Position numbers and translations under genes: made by a program
The notes under the pieces: generated by a model
The model's database searches: none
What the model saw: only the letters and a program-made list of their open reading frames with translations
Told to the model about the DNA's origin: nothing
Shown: piece by piece, positions 35,371-46,829 of the stretch
Position numbering within the stretch: the stretch's first letter is position 1
How the letters are laid out: every line of letters starts with the position of its first letter
Assembly (NCBI GenBank): GCA_963829055.1
Contig: CAWHHI010000010.1
Location: 128,001 to 192,000, forward strand
Direction: 5' to 3'
Source: an uncultured Gemmatimonadaceae bacterium
GTDB taxonomy: Bacteria > Gemmatimonadota > Gemmatimonadetes > Gemmatimonadales > Gemmatimonadaceae
Length of the DNA: 64,000 bases

Positions 35371-35922
35371 TCAGCGCGTTTCGTCTTTGGGTCCGAACAG
35401 GAGGATGCCAAGCAGGAACACGACGACGCTGAAGAAGAAACCGCCGGTGATCATCAGGATCCAATCGAGTACGGGCACGTCGATCCGCCAGCCGAGCAGG
35501 AACACCCCAGCGGCAGCCAGTCCCATGAGCAGAATCGTGAAGTAGTCGCCCAGCCTCGGAGGCGGGATCGGCCCGGACTCGATCGGATCACTGGGAAGGT
35601 GAACGTCAGGTCCCTGCGGATCGTACACCACCAGCTCATGCTCGCGGGCAAGCTCGAGGATCGCATCGATGACGGCGTTGTCCGCTCCCCAGCGGATGTC
35701 GAGAAGCAGGACGCGGTCGGATTGTTCCGGTGGGGTGTCCGCCCATGGTCCGTCGTCCGCGTCCGGAAATCGCCGGAGCAATTCCTTCGACACCGTGGCG
35801 ATGTCAGCGCTGGATTGGAACGCGCTGTCATCGCCACGGTTGTAGTACGGCTGCAGAAGGGCCTCCGCCTTGTCCGGATCATCGACGACGGGCGCCTTCC
35901 AGAGGATCAGCGTCATGCTCAC
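35371..35922 (-). CDS. Hypothetical protein with two C-terminal TM helices
   Basis: Good coding-like ORF, ELAREHELVVYDPQ motif. Confidence 0.65.
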   Translation of the reverse strand: MSMTLILWKAPVVDDPDKAEALLQPYYNRGDDSAFQSSADIATVSKELLRRFPDADDGPWADTPPEQSDRVLLLDIRWGADNAVIDAILELAREHELVVYDPQGPDVHLPSDPIESGPIPPPRLGDYFTILLMGLAAAGVFLLGWRIDVPVLDWILMITGGFFFSVVVFLLGILLFGPKDETR

Positions 35923-35998
35923 GGCACAGACGCTACCGCAATGCTGCCCACATCACCAGATCAGCCGCGACGGTGCATCGATCGGTGTTGCGACCTGG

Positions 35999-36478
35999 TT
36001 AGACTGCTGGCACACGGAGGTCCAACTCGTAGAAGAGCGTCGCGCCGAACTCCGTCGCGCGGTACGGATCGACTGACCGGAAGCCCAGGCTCGCGTAGAG
36101 GCGCTGCGCGGCATGCATGGTGGTCAGCGTGCCGAGGCGCAGACGTTCGTAGCCTAACGCGCGTGCATCCGCGATCGCGTGCTGGACGAGCGCGCGGGCG
36201 ACGCCCGCACCGCGGCTCGCTGGGCGGACGTACATGCGCTTGATCTCTGCGACGCCAGGGATCAGTTGCTGGAGCGCGATACAGCCGACCGCGTCGGGGC
36301 CGTCCCACGCGAGCCACAGACCGCCCGTCGGTGGCTGGTACGGCGCGGGGAGCGCAGCCAGCAAGGCGGCTGTGGCCGCGGCGTCCTGAGCAGCGGAGTG
36401 GGCTTCGACGTGCGCGCGGATGAGCGCCCGCGCCTCTGTGAGCGCTTGGGGCTCGGTGACACGGCGGATCTCGATCAT
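35999..36478 (-). CDS. GNAT family N-acetyltransferase
   Basis: AEIKRMYVRPASRGAGVARAL and AQRLYASLGF. Confidence 0.9.
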   Translation of the reverse strand: MIEIRRVTEPQALTEARALIRAHVEAHSAAQDAAATAALLAALPAPYQPPTGGLWLAWDGPDAVGCIALQQLIPGVAEIKRMYVRPASRGAGVARALVQHAIADARALGYERLRLGTLTTMHAAQRLYASLGFRSVDPYRATEFGATLFYELDLRVPAV

Positions 36479-36639
36479 TCTCCGAAGTTAAGCGCTATGC
36501 GGGAAGCGCTTCGCGCGCGCCGGGATCGAAGCGCGGATCCCCAGGTCCCTCGCTGGTGGCCGGGATGACAGGACGCAGATCGAGGTGACAACCGGCTCCC
36601 CGTCGCACATCTTGATCGCGTCCCGTCGGAGCCAACCAA

Positions 36640-37850
36640 ATGTCCAATCGGCGTACCTTCCTGAAGCAGACCGCCGCGATCGGCGGGGCCCTCAGCCTTT
36701 CACCGCTCGCAAAGCTCCCGCTCGAGGCGGCCGTGCCACTCACGCGGCCGAATCCCGGACGCGCACCCGCGCCGCTCAACATTCTCATCCTCGGCGGCAC
36801 CGGCTTCACCGGCCCGGAGCAGGTCGAGTACGCGATCGCGCGCGGCCATCGCGTGACACTCTTCAATCGCGGCAAGACGCGGCCCGGCATGTTCAAGGGA
36901 AAGGTCGCCGAAGAGCTCATCGGTGACCTCAACGGCGACACGAGCGCGCTGAAAGGAAAGAAGTTCGACGTCGTGATCGACAATCCGACGACGCTTCCCT
37001 TCTGGGTGAAGAACGCCGCGCAGTACCTCAAGGGGAATACCAAGCACTACATCTTCATCTCGACGACGTCGGTCTACGCCGATCAGAGCGAGATCGGCAT
37101 CAACGAGAACAGTCCGACGGTGCCGATGCCCGCCGGCCTCGATCCGTATCAGCCCGACCAGCGCAACACGGCGCAGCTCGCGGCGTCGAGTAACCCGGGG
37201 AACTACGGCGCGTTCAAGGCGCGCGCCGAAGTGGAAGTGCAGAATCAGTATCCGGGCATCAACACGATCATCCGGCCGTGCCTCATCGTCGGGCCGCTCG
37301 ATCGCACCGACCGTTTCACGTACTGGCCGGCGCGTATCGACAAGGGCGGCGAAGTGCTCGCGCCCGACAAGCCGGACGATCCGTGTCAGTTCATCGACTC
37401 ACGCGATCTCGCCGAGTTCATGATCCGCATGGCGGAGATGCGCGAATTCGGAACGTACAACGCGATCGGTCCCGAGAAGCCGATGACGATCGCCGAGATG
37501 TTGTACGGCGTCAAAGCGCGTCACCACGGCCGGCGCACAGTTCACGTGGGTGCCGTGGGAGTTCCTGCAGGCGCAGGGCGTCCGCCCGTGGACGCAGCAT
37601 GACGGTCTGGCAGCCGCCGTACGGGCGCACCGCGGGCTACCAGCGGCGCAGCGCGGCGAAGGCACTCGCGAAAGGCCTAACGTTCCGCCCGCTCGCCGTC
37701 ACGGCGAAAGACACGCTCGACTGGCACAAGACGCGTCCCGCAGAAGAGCAGGCCGCGACGCTCGAAGGCAAGATCAACGGCCTGTCGATGAAACGAGAAG
37801 CCGAGGTGCTCGCGGCGTGGAAAGAGGAGGTGGCGAAGCAGAGCAAGTGA
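36640..37850 (+). CDS. NAD-dependent epimerase/dehydratase (isoflavone-reductase-like) with Tat signal, frameshifted near 37520-37600
   Basis: NRRTFLK; ILILGGTGFTG; YGAFKA; RPCLIVGP.DRTDRFTYWP; tail GLTFRPLAVTAKDTLDW. Confidence 0.85.
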
Positions 37851-37878
37851 GAATTCACGACGATGCTACACGACGGTG

Positions 37879-38268
37879 CTATCTGACGGCGTCGGGATTT
37901 TGCGCGACCAGCCACGCAAGCGCTGCATCCCGATCGGTGAAGATCGCATCGCGGCTGTACTGCTCCGAAAAAACCTGGTACTGGCGCGACACGCCGTAGG
38001 CGACAGGAGCAGATACCAGGATTGCGGTGGCCCACGTTCTATTCTGGATCGCGGGCCGCGCGATCGCCTCGATCAGCGTCGATAGCTCGGCACCGGTAAA
38101 TGCTATGTGCGCATCGAGAAGATCCACGAGCGTCCGCCTGCAGCGCATGACCTCCGGATCCGTGAGATAGGTGCGCCAGTATGCCGCGAGCTCGCCGGCG
38201 GTGACGGTTCCGGTCCAGGACTCGTTGATGATGTTGTGAACGCGGTCCACGGTGTATGCAATCGGCAA
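37879..38268 (-). CDS. Hypothetical protein (STAS/SpoIIAA-like)
   Basis: TAILVS.PVAYGVSRQY..IFTDRDAALAWL; GGAGG RBS. Confidence 0.6.
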   Translation of the reverse strand: MPIAYTVDRVHNIINESWTGTVTAGELAAYWRTYLTDPEVMRCRRTLVDLLDAHIAFTGAELSTLIEAIARPAIQNRTWATAILVSAPVAYGVSRQYQVFSEQYSRDAIFTDRDAALAWLVAQNPDAVR

Positions 38269-38282
38269 CCATCACCTCCAAC

Positions 38283-39818
38283 TCATTGTGAAAAACGATC
38301 GATGACTCTCCGCACACCTTCGTGTTCTGGTTGGTGTTCGTTGGCCTGCAGATGCGCGCCGGCTTCGAGAAGCGCGCGCACGCAGTCTTCGTAGTCACCA
38401 CCGGCGTCGCGCACAAAATCTGCCCCCCAGCACGCCCAGCCCAGCGGTGTCGACGAGTGTTCTGCATCGCGGATGTCCGTCGCCGCTCCAGCCTCCAACA
38501 GCAGGCGAACCTGCTGCGCACGTCCGTGAAGAGCGCTGAAGTGGAGCGCAGATGCGCCGGAAGTGTCCGTGGTGTTGACAGGAAAGCCGGCTGCGACACA
38601 GGCCGACACGGTCGCCTCTCTGCCGAGTGTCGCCGCTTCGATGAGGAGTTGGTGATCCGACGGCGCGAGCGCCGCCAACACATCAGGTGACGCGAGCTGA
38701 CGCGCCGCTTCGACATCACCTCGCCCGCACGCAGCGAGCAGCAGGTCGACGGCAGAGAGACGCTGTGTTTCCGCGCCGAGCGATTCGAGCAGCGACGCGA
38801 TGTCGTCGAAGCCACCGCGTCGCGCGAGTAGCCATGGTGTCGCGCCATCACCGCGACGTGCGTGGATGTCGGCGCCGTGGTCCAGGAGGAGCCGAATGAC
38901 GTCGACACTCTGTCCGCGGCGCGCCGCGACGTGCAGCGCCGGCTCTCGCTCTTGTGCACTCGGGACGTTTGGATTGGCTCCGTGGTTCAGCAGCCACTCG
39001 AAACCCTGTTTGACGCGTGTCTCGCGATCGAGGTTCCAGTTGCGCAGGAGAAAGTACAGCGCGGTGTTTCCCCAATCGCCAACGAAGTTCAGGTCTGCGC
39101 CAGCACGCAGCAGAAGCTCCAGTGCGTCTTCGTGAAACCGTTCGGCCGCATGAAAAATGGATTCGCCGTCAGTTGGGTTCGCGCCCGCATCGAGCAGCAC
39201 GCGTGCGAGCGGCAACACGTTTCGCATGCCCGTGACCGCGTACAGAGCTGGAACACTGTACTGCGCATCGCGCGTATTCGGGTCGGCGCCCGCGGCGAGC
39301 AGGACGCGCGCTGTCGCCAGCAGTCCCGCATCGCGGGCCTCGCTCTCGCCATGGAATGGTGAGTAGCAGAGGAAGAGCAGCGGATCGGCAGGTGAATGGC
39401 CGGCGCGCTCGGAGACGAGCCCTGGATTCGCAGCGACGAGTCGCGCGACGGCAGCGTCGAGTCCAAGCGCGGCTGCGACATGCACACTCGTTGTCGCGAT
39501 GTGCGGGTGAACACGGAGCACTTCGCGAGCGCGTTCCAGGTTCTGTTCCTGAACGGCCGAGAGGAAAGCCTCGACGCCGTCATCGTTGCTGCGCGACGCT
39601 TGCACGTGCGAGCGCAACTGCGCCCACGTGTGAAAGCCATACTCGCGGGCGATCACGCGCTGCGCGAACAAGAGCTTTCGTTCGGGGGTGTCGCCGATCG
39701 CGTCGCGGACGCGCTGAAGGGCAACCGGGTCGTCAGCCTGCCAGGCCTTATGAAGGGTCTTCGCTTCGCGCTTCAGGTGATCGAGATGCGGGCGGGCAGG
39801 CAGCTCACGTGCCGACAT
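38283..39818 (-). CDS. Ankyrin-repeat protein with N-terminal LPARPHLDHLKREAK domain
   Basis: Many LL.AGADPN/GANPN ankyrin repeats; AREYGFHTWAQL; GGAGG RBS. Confidence 0.9.
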   Translation of the reverse strand: MSARELPARPHLDHLKREAKTLHKAWQADDPVALQRVRDAIGDTPERKLLFAQRVIAREYGFHTWAQLRSHVQASRSNDDGVEAFLSAVQEQNLERAREVLRVHPHIATTSVHVAAALGLDAAVARLVAANPGLVSERAGHSPADPLLFLCYSPFHGESEARDAGLLATARVLLAAGADPNTRDAQYSVPALYAVTGMRNVLPLARVLLDAGANPTDGESIFHAAERFHEDALELLLRAGADLNFVGDWGNTALYFLLRNWNLDRETRVKQGFEWLLNHGANPNVPSAQEREPALHVAARRGQSVDVIRLLLDHGADIHARRGDGATPWLLARRGGFDDIASLLESLGAETQRLSAVDLLLAACGRGDVEAARQLASPDVLAALAPSDHQLLIEAATLGREATVSACVAAGFPVNTTDTSGASALHFSALHGRAQQVRLLLEAGAATDIRDAEHSSTPLGWACWGADFVRDAGGDYEDCVRALLEAGAHLQANEHQPEHEGVRRVIDRFSQ

Positions 39819-39960
39819 GACAAACCTCCTTTCGTGGCTCGCCCGGGTCCGCGTCATCGGGCTGAAAGAAGGCTGTGTTGGCTATCGCCTGCTTCTACAG
39901 GTGGACTGAGTCCTGTCCGCGGACGGAAGCGCCCTGGCGCGCTCCGTCCAACATAGTGCA

Positions 39961-40110
39961 TCAGGGCCGTGGTAGGCGAATCGTGTCGAGCATCTCGCGG
40001 ACGGACTCGATGACGAGCTCGGGCTGGTCGCGTTGGATGTAGTGCTTGCTTTTCTCGGCGAGGATCCACGAGGTACGGTCCGACCAGCCGGCCGGGCGCG
40101 TGCCATCGCG
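39961..40110 (-). pseudogene. C-terminal remnant of an alpha/beta hydrolase
   Basis: AEKSKHYIQRDQPELVIESVREML matches the catalytic-His region; the upstream part looks non-coding. Confidence 0.5.
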
Positions 40111-40366
40111 AGTCATCGCGCCGATGAAGGACGCGGGCGTACACCTGCCAGCAGTCGCCGGTCTCCAGCTCCCGTGCTCACATCCGCGTAGAGAGACGAG
40201 CCGTCCGCATTGAACACGATCTCGGCCATCTTCGCCCCCGGCCGCGCGAGAACGCGCACCGACTTCGCCGAGCCGATCGTTACGTCGACGTACGCTGTGT
40301 CGCCGCGTTGGTACGCAACTGACGGAACAGCGTGTCGCGATCCGGGCCGGTGTTACGGTTGACGTC

Positions 40367-41515
40367 TCATTTCGTCTTCGGCGCTCGCTGGCGGACACCG
40401 TTCTGGACGAACACCAGGCCGGTCACCTTCCCGGCAGGATCGGTCTCGAACTCGATTTTCACGTCGACCACTTTCAGTGAGAAAACCGTCGGTGAGTCTG
40501 CATACAGCTGAAATTTCGGCTGACCCGTCGCCTGGACGAACAGCTTGTCCCCGTCGCGCGTGATGGTCATGACGAACGTCGGCGCGACAGGATAGTCCCC
40601 GACAAAGCGCTCGAGCTCGGGACGAGGGGTCGCTGCCGACAGGACAGCGCGAATCTCTGATGTTACGAGATCAGGCTCCGTCACGTGGACGAAGTGACTG
40701 CTGGCCGACGTCAACACGAGATGCGCTCTTGCCGACCGGCGAGTAAGCCGAGAAAAATGCTCGACGCGTTGATCGAACGTCGTTTGAAAGTACAAATCAG
40801 CGTCGCCGGGGAATTTGACTCCCGGCGCAAGCGGCTCTCTCTTGCCCGCGAGGAGGATGCTCATCGGCACATCCGGCGGATCCCCCGCTTCGCGATACTC
40901 GACGAAGCCGCCGCGTTCCACGCGCTCGATCTCCTGATACTCCGCGCGGAGCCCCGCCGGCGCTGCCGCCAGCGCTGGTTTGGTCATGCTTGCGATCGCG
41001 TCGTGGCCGTTCGTCATACCGGCCTTCGCGTAGATCGCTTGCATATCGGCTTCCGTCTGCGTGAAATCACTCGGATCGATGTAGACGAGACCTACTACTT
41101 CCCGGGGGAACATTGCACCGAACGTGTGGATGATTGGTCCTCCATAGGAGTGACCGACGAGCACGTACGGCGGGGGCGCGTCGAGCTTGGCGAGGAGGTC
41201 GTGGAGCTCTGTGGCGATCTGTTTTACGGTTCGCTGCGTGGTCGCGGGATCCGACTTGCCGACGCCCGCCCGATCGTATGCGATCGTTCGCGTCACCGCC
41301 GCGATGTCAGACTGCAGCCCGTTCCAGGTTGCGACCTGCGACCCGAGGCCACTTTCGAACACGACGGTCGGCACGCCCGGTCTGGCCGTTCCGGCCACCT
41401 GTACGTTGACTTTCCGACCGCCGACCTCGACGAGCGAAGGTGTGGGGACCTGAGAGCTCGCGATACGCGCCACCGTGACGAAGCCGAGCGTGGCGAGAAG
41501 GCTGGTTCTGATCAT
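40367..41515 (-). CDS. Secreted alpha/beta hydrolase with C-terminal DUF3471
   Basis: VVFESGLG, YDRAGVGKS, VGHSYGG, SSHFVH; LERFVGDY..LFVQATGQ. Confidence 0.88.
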   Translation of the reverse strand: MIRTSLLATLGFVTVARIASSQVPTPSLVEVGGRKVNVQVAGTARPGVPTVVFESGLGSQVATWNGLQSDIAAVTRTIAYDRAGVGKSDPATTQRTVKQIATELHDLLAKLDAPPPYVLVGHSYGGPIIHTFGAMFPREVVGLVYIDPSDFTQTEADMQAIYAKAGMTNGHDAIASMTKPALAAAPAGLRAEYQEIERVERGGFVEYREAGDPPDVPMSILLAGKREPLAPGVKFPGDADLYFQTTFDQRVEHFSRLTRRSARAHLVLTSASSHFVHVTEPDLVTSEIRAVLSAATPRPELERFVGDYPVAPTFVMTITRDGDKLFVQATGQPKFQLYADSPTVFSLKVVDVKIEFETDPAGKVTGLVFVQNGVRQRAPKTK

Positions 41516-41576
41516 TGAACGCCTGTAGTTGGTAGGAGGGGCAAGCTGTAGCGGAACAGCCAGGCTCGCCAGGGAC

Positions 41577-43437
41577 TCAGCCCGGAGCGGTCCGCACGTA
41601 CTCGTCGACGTTCTTCGCCAGCACGTCGAGCGGCACGTTGCCTCCGCGCACGACGGTGTCGTTGAACGCCTTCAGATCGAACCTCGCGCCGAGTGCTGCC
41701 GTCGCCTTCTCGCGCTGCCGGTTGATCTCGCTGTGACCAACCTTGTAGCCGCATGCCTGTCCCGGCCACGCGCAGTAGCGGTCGACTTCACTCGCGACCT
41801 CGAGCGGATTCGATCCGTTGATGTCCACGAAGTACTGGACGCCCTGCTCACGCGTCCAGCGCTTGGCGTGGAGGCCCGTGTCGACGACCAGCCGGCACGC
41901 GCGGAACGCGAGCGATTGCAGATACCCAAGGCGACCGACGCGATCGTCCGCGTAGGCCCCGAGCTCGTCGGCGAGCTGCTCGGCGTATAGCGCCCATCCT
42001 TCGGAGTACGCGTTGAAGTCGAGCATCTGCCGGATGAGCGGCATCTGGTGCGTGTACTCGCCCTGCCACACGTGTCCGGGAATCGCTTCATGGAAGGCCA
42101 GGTCCGCCAGGCTGTACTTGCTGTGGAGCTCCGTAGTCCGGAGGTTGATCCACATCCGACCTGGGATCTTGCCATCGATCGACCCCGCGCCGCCGTACGC
42201 CGCAGGAGCACCGGGCTCCTCCTCGGGCGGCAGCCGCTTCACTTCCATGTTCGGATCCACGACCGTGTTGAATGCGCGCGGCATCTGTGCGCGAATCCAT
42301 GCCAGGCGTTCGTTGATGAAGGCCATGATGTCGGCGCGGCCCTTGTCGCCTTCAGCGAACTTGTAGCGGGGATCGTTCGCCAGCGCCTTCATTCGTTCGC
42401 CGACGGTGCCCTTCGAGAAGCCGATCTCCTTCAGGATCGTGTCCATCTGCGCGTGCAGCCGCTTCACTTCGCTCTCGCCTAACGCGTGGATCTCGTCGGG
42501 CGACATGGTCGTGGTGGTCGAAGCCCTGAGCGCCCACCGATAGATACTCCTCGCCGTGCGGCCGAGCCGCGATCCCCGCGTCGTTCGTCGCTATCGACCG
42601 CTGTGACTGCAGCTCGCTGAGCTGGCGCTCGAGCGCCGGCGCAATCTCCTGCGTGACGATCGTCCGCGCGCGCCCCGCCCAGTCCCCGGGGATGTTCTTC
42701 GACCGCCGCACGATCGACTCCACGAGCGACCCGCCATTCCGCGCGTTGCTCGCGGCGAGCGTCATCTGGCGCACGGCCTTGTCGATCAGGAACGCCGGTG
42801 GGACGAGACCTGCCGCGCGCGCCGCCTGCATCCGTTCGCGCTCTCCATCGAGCTGCTTCGCATACGACTGCAGCCGCGCGAGATACGCCTCGGCGTCAGG
42901 AGCGCTCTCGACGCGATGATCGGCATCGAGGAAACGCGGGATGTCGAGATAGGCGCCGACATTCTGGATGACGACGTACGGCGTGTTGCGCCAGCCGCCG
43001 ACGGCGACGTCGCCATACGGAAGCGCGAAACCGTCGAGCGCTGTCGCATACGCGCTCCGCACGACCTCGAAGCTGGTGCGCGTCGCGTGCGAGAGGCCGC
43101 TCGTGTCGAAGGCGTTGACGCGATCGAGATCCACCCGAAGCTGTTTCGCCAAACGCCGCTGGCCCTCCGCGGAGCGATCGGCGAGCACGGATCGCAGTGC
43201 GGCTCTCGCGCCGGTGTCGATGCCCAGCGAGGTCGCCTGCTCTGGCTTCAGGCGAATGAGATTTTCAGCCATCTCATCGAGTAGCGTGAGCGCACTGGCC
43301 TCGTTCGACTTGGTCGGCATGGGCTCACCGGAACGCCCGCAGGCAGAAAACAACGGGAGGGCGGCGGCGGAGACAACAGCCGCGATCATCTCACGACGAC
43401 TGAGTGTCGTGTCGGAACGCGCGCGATCTTCGGTCAT
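41577..43437 (-). CDS. DUF885 family lipoprotein (frameshift near 42545)
   Basis: Tat/lipobox SRRE..FSAC; HEAIPGHVWQ, AYSEGWALYAE, RLVVDTGLH and EVDRYC.WPGQACGY motifs. Confidence 0.9.
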
Positions 43438-43886
43438 GCTGCTCATTGAAGTGAATACGTGGGCGATTTTGCTCTTTCTACTTTCTCGGCCGCGTGACGA
43501 TGCACGTCTTCGTCCGCCCCACGCCACTCCGTTGCGCGATCATATCACGCACGACGTCGCGCAGGCGACCGTCTGGCGTGGATGGCGAGCGATGAAGCCA
43601 ATGCTGCGTCGCGGCCCTTCCGCGACGGCGTTCACGCCGGCGGCACGACGCCACCTCTGCATCCCATGGCGCCTGCGCGCCGAGCTCGCCCGGTGCGGGC
43701 TGGCTCCGGAACGCGACGCGTACACGAACTTCCTCGTGTACCCGCTCGACTGGCTGTGGCCACGGGCGAACCAGGCACTGTCCCAGTTGTTGACGCGCAT
43801 GTCGGTCGTTCGAATCGTGGCATGCACGGGGTGTCAGTACATGGTGGCGGCGCGAAGGCCACGATGACCTCTGCCGACGCCGTCAG

Positions 43887-45221
43887 CTAGAGCGCGACTG
43901 CCTCCTCGCGCGGAGCGACGCGGGCGGGCGCCGCGTCCCTGGTGATCCGTCGGTGCTGCGCACGGCCGAGCCAGATGCCGAGCACACCCCACACGAGAGC
44001 GAGCGGCACTGTCACCGAGACCAACGCGGCCAGCCCCATTCCAAGACGGCCGAGCAGCCCCTCCAACTGGGCGCCAACCACGTCGCCAGTGCGATAGACG
44101 AACGTGTCGATGAACGCCTTGGACTTGTACTTGTCTTCGCGCGGTACGACGGTGAACAACGTTTCTCGCGCGGGCCGGATAATGGATCGCTGCACGGCAC
44201 TGAACGTCGCCTGAAGGACTATCAGCGCGGCCAGCGATGCCGAGATGGCCAGCCCCACGAAGCCGAGGGCGACTATCACAGGCAGCAGCGCCAGCGTTAT
44301 GTGAACGCCAAGCCGCTTCATCAGCTGCCCCGTCACGACAGCCTGTAGCACGAGCGTCGTGAGCTGGGTGTAGAAGTCGATGCGCGCGAACACCCCCGTT
44401 CGCATGTCGAGGTCGGTCCCGAGCGCGGCAACCATCTGCAGGCGTGTGAAGTAGATGAACGTGCTGACCACCGTGAGGATCAGCACGTACGCAGAGATAC
44501 CGAGCAGGTATGGTGAGCCGAACACGGCGCGGAATCCGCGCCAGGCGCTCCCGCCGATGATGGCGCGGTCATCCACTACTGGAGGTGCGTTGGGATCGTC
44601 AGTCGCCTCCGGCTTCCGGTGCTGGAGTCGCGTTACGACCCATGCGGCGACCACCGCGAGCCCGAGCGAGGTCGCTGCCACCGGGAGCAGTCCCGCCGTC
44701 CCGAGCGGACGCACGAGCTTCGACGCCAGCCAGGGACCGGCGATCGCGCCGAGCGTCCCGCCCACGCTGATGATGCCGAAGAGTCGCTTGCTCTGCTCCA
44801 GCGAGAACCGGTCGGCCATGAGCGCCCAGAACACCATCGTGGCGAACAGGTTGAACACGCTGAACCAGACGAAGAACACCATCCCGCTCACCTGGCCGAT
44901 CGCGTTCGGGGCGCTCACGAGGACGACATAGAAGGCGAGCAGGCTCACGGCGAAGAACAGGTAAGTGGCCGTGATGAACACGATGCGCCGGTAGCGGCTC
45001 ACCATCAGCGCGAACACCGGGTTCACCGCCAGCGTGACGACGGCCGTCCCGATGAAGAGCCAGCGCACCGCCTCGATCCCCCGCTGCATGCCGAGCGCCT
45101 CGCGGGCGGGGCGGATCACCATGAGGGCGGTGAGGATGAAGAAGAACGAGAGGGAGGACGCCACCACGGCGGCCCCTTCCCCTCGGCGAACCTGGATGAA
45201 GCGCTGGAGAAGGGGCGTCAT
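43887..45221 (-). CDS. NTP/NDP exchange (TLC/AAA-like) MFS transporter
   Basis: WFSVFNLF..FWALMADRFS.EQSKRLFG; RPARETLFTVV.REDKYKSK.FIDT.VYR.GD. Confidence 0.88.
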   Translation of the reverse strand: MTPLLQRFIQVRRGEGAAVVASSLSFFFILTALMVIRPAREALGMQRGIEAVRWLFIGTAVVTLAVNPVFALMVSRYRRIVFITATYLFFAVSLLAFYVVLVSAPNAIGQVSGMVFFVWFSVFNLFATMVFWALMADRFSLEQSKRLFGIISVGGTLGAIAGPWLASKLVRPLGTAGLLPVAATSLGLAVVAAWVVTRLQHRKPEATDDPNAPPVVDDRAIIGGSAWRGFRAVFGSPYLLGISAYVLILTVVSTFIYFTRLQMVAALGTDLDMRTGVFARIDFYTQLTTLVLQAVVTGQLMKRLGVHITLALLPVIVALGFVGLAISASLAALIVLQATFSAVQRSIIRPARETLFTVVPREDKYKSKAFIDTFVYRTGDVVGAQLEGLLGRLGMGLAALVSVTVPLALVWGVLGIWLGRAQHRRITRDAAPARVAPREEAVAL

Positions 45222-45388
45222 GGGTCTAGCGCACTCCGGAGCTGGCGATCGCGATGTCGTGCGTCCGCACGGATCGACGTCAACTCCAGTCTACGTTGCG
45301 CTGAAAGCGGTCGTTGAGCCGGAGTGATCAGGATCGGCGTATGTGGTATGGTCCGGCTTCCAGCGCTGTCAGGGAGCGAGACGAGCTC

Positions 45389-46531
45389 TCACCGGTTGGA
45401 CACCTTCAGCGGGAACCGCTTGAGGGCGGGGCCGAGCTTCTGGTTGCAGGCGGCACCGGCCAGCTCTGGCTCCCACTCCACCGTCGTGGTCGCGGCGAGC
45501 TCGGCGCCCAAGCCAGCGCGCGCGACCTTGAGCGGTGTGCGCACGCCGTTCTGCACGAGCGTCGCCGCCGTGGTGTAGACGCCGTGCGGCAGATCGTTGA
45601 TCGCCAGGTTCGAGCCGAAGCGGACGACGCGCGTGATCGCGCTCCCCGCGCTCCCATCCACGAGCGGTCCCTGGGGCGTGAACTGCACCTCGATCTCATC
45701 GCCGGTGCGGATCCCTGAGACGTCCCACGTATCCACGTCCACACCGGCGCCGAAGACGTTGGCGGAGGCATCGGGGATGCGGCCGGTGAGCTGCCAGCGG
45801 AAGTCGCGCACCACGGTGCTGCCGGGCACGAACGCATCGTAGTCGGCGTCGTTAGGCATCCCCAGGCGCACGCAGTACGACTGGCCGCGGTAGGCAACCT
45901 CGGTCCACGCCTTGACCTGGTGCGACAGGCCCGCGGGGAGCCCGCGCACGACGTAGCGGCCGTCGGCGCCGGTGCGCGTCGCCACGACGTTCGGATTGAA
46001 CACCATCTTGACCTCGACCAGCGCGTTCGCGATCGGCTGGCCGCGGGCGTCGCGCGCGACGCCGGTGACGACGCCGGCTTCGGACTGCGGTGGCGGGGCC
46101 GCCGCGGCAACGCGCGCGGTGAACGTGGTGGTGACGTTCGGTACGCCGGCAGCGGTGCCGATCAGCGTGATCGGGTAGTCGCCCGCGGGCACGCTCGCGG
46201 CGGCCTGCACGCTCAGCGTCGCCGAGGCGGCAGTCACCGGATCGTTAGGCGCGGTGACGGCCAGCCCTGCGGGCGCGCCCGCGGCGACGAGCGTCACCGC
46301 ACCGGTGAAGTTGGTACGAGCCAGCGAGACGGTCGCGGTCCCGCGCTGCCCCTGCTCCACGGTGATGGCCGCGGGAGTGACGGTCAGCCCGAGCGACGGA
46401 GCCGGGTCCGCTGACGGGGGTGGCGTTGGTACGGTAGCGGCTTCGCCGTTGGTGCACGCACCGGCGAGGGTGATCATGAGGAGCGCGATGTATGGGGCGC
46501 CGGAGGCGCGCGAGAAACGACTGGCAGGCAT
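45389..46531 (-). CDS. Lipoprotein with Ig-like and carboxypeptidase-regulatory-like domains
   Basis: Lipobox LAGAC; VTGVARDARGQPIANA.V..TRTGADGRY; RDFRWQLTG. Confidence 0.72.
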   Translation of the reverse strand: MPASRFSRASGAPYIALLMITLAGACTNGEAATVPTPPPSADPAPSLGLTVTPAAITVEQGQRGTATVSLARTNFTGAVTLVAAGAPAGLAVTAPNDPVTAASATLSVQAAASVPAGDYPITLIGTAAGVPNVTTTFTARVAAAAPPPQSEAGVVTGVARDARGQPIANALVEVKMVFNPNVVATRTGADGRYVVRGLPAGLSHQVKAWTEVAYRGQSYCVRLGMPNDADYDAFVPGSTVVRDFRWQLTGRIPDASANVFGAGVDVDTWDVSGIRTGDEIEVQFTPQGPLVDGSAGSAITRVVRFGSNLAINDLPHGVYTTAATLVQNGVRTPLKVARAGLGAELAATTTVEWEPELAGAACNQKLGPALKRFPLKVSNR

Positions 46532-46829
46532 TGGAGTGTGTGGTGGATTGCGGAGGTTGGAGAGGCCGCCGCGGCGGCTGCGTACCACGTGCGCCGAGTG
46601 TACGGGCTGCCGGCGTGGCGCGCGTGGGAAGTTCGACCCGGGTCAAACTTCCCATGTACCGGCGCTGACGAGGCCGGCCTGCCCGAACGGGCGCACGATC
46701 ATCTCCGATCTGCCTGGCGACCTCTACGCATTGCCGATCGCCGGTAGCAATTCGTCGTTAGGCTGCACCGGTGCGAACTTGCCGTGCAGCAGCCGCTCGC
46801 ACTCTGACCGGACCGGAGTCCAGCATCTA

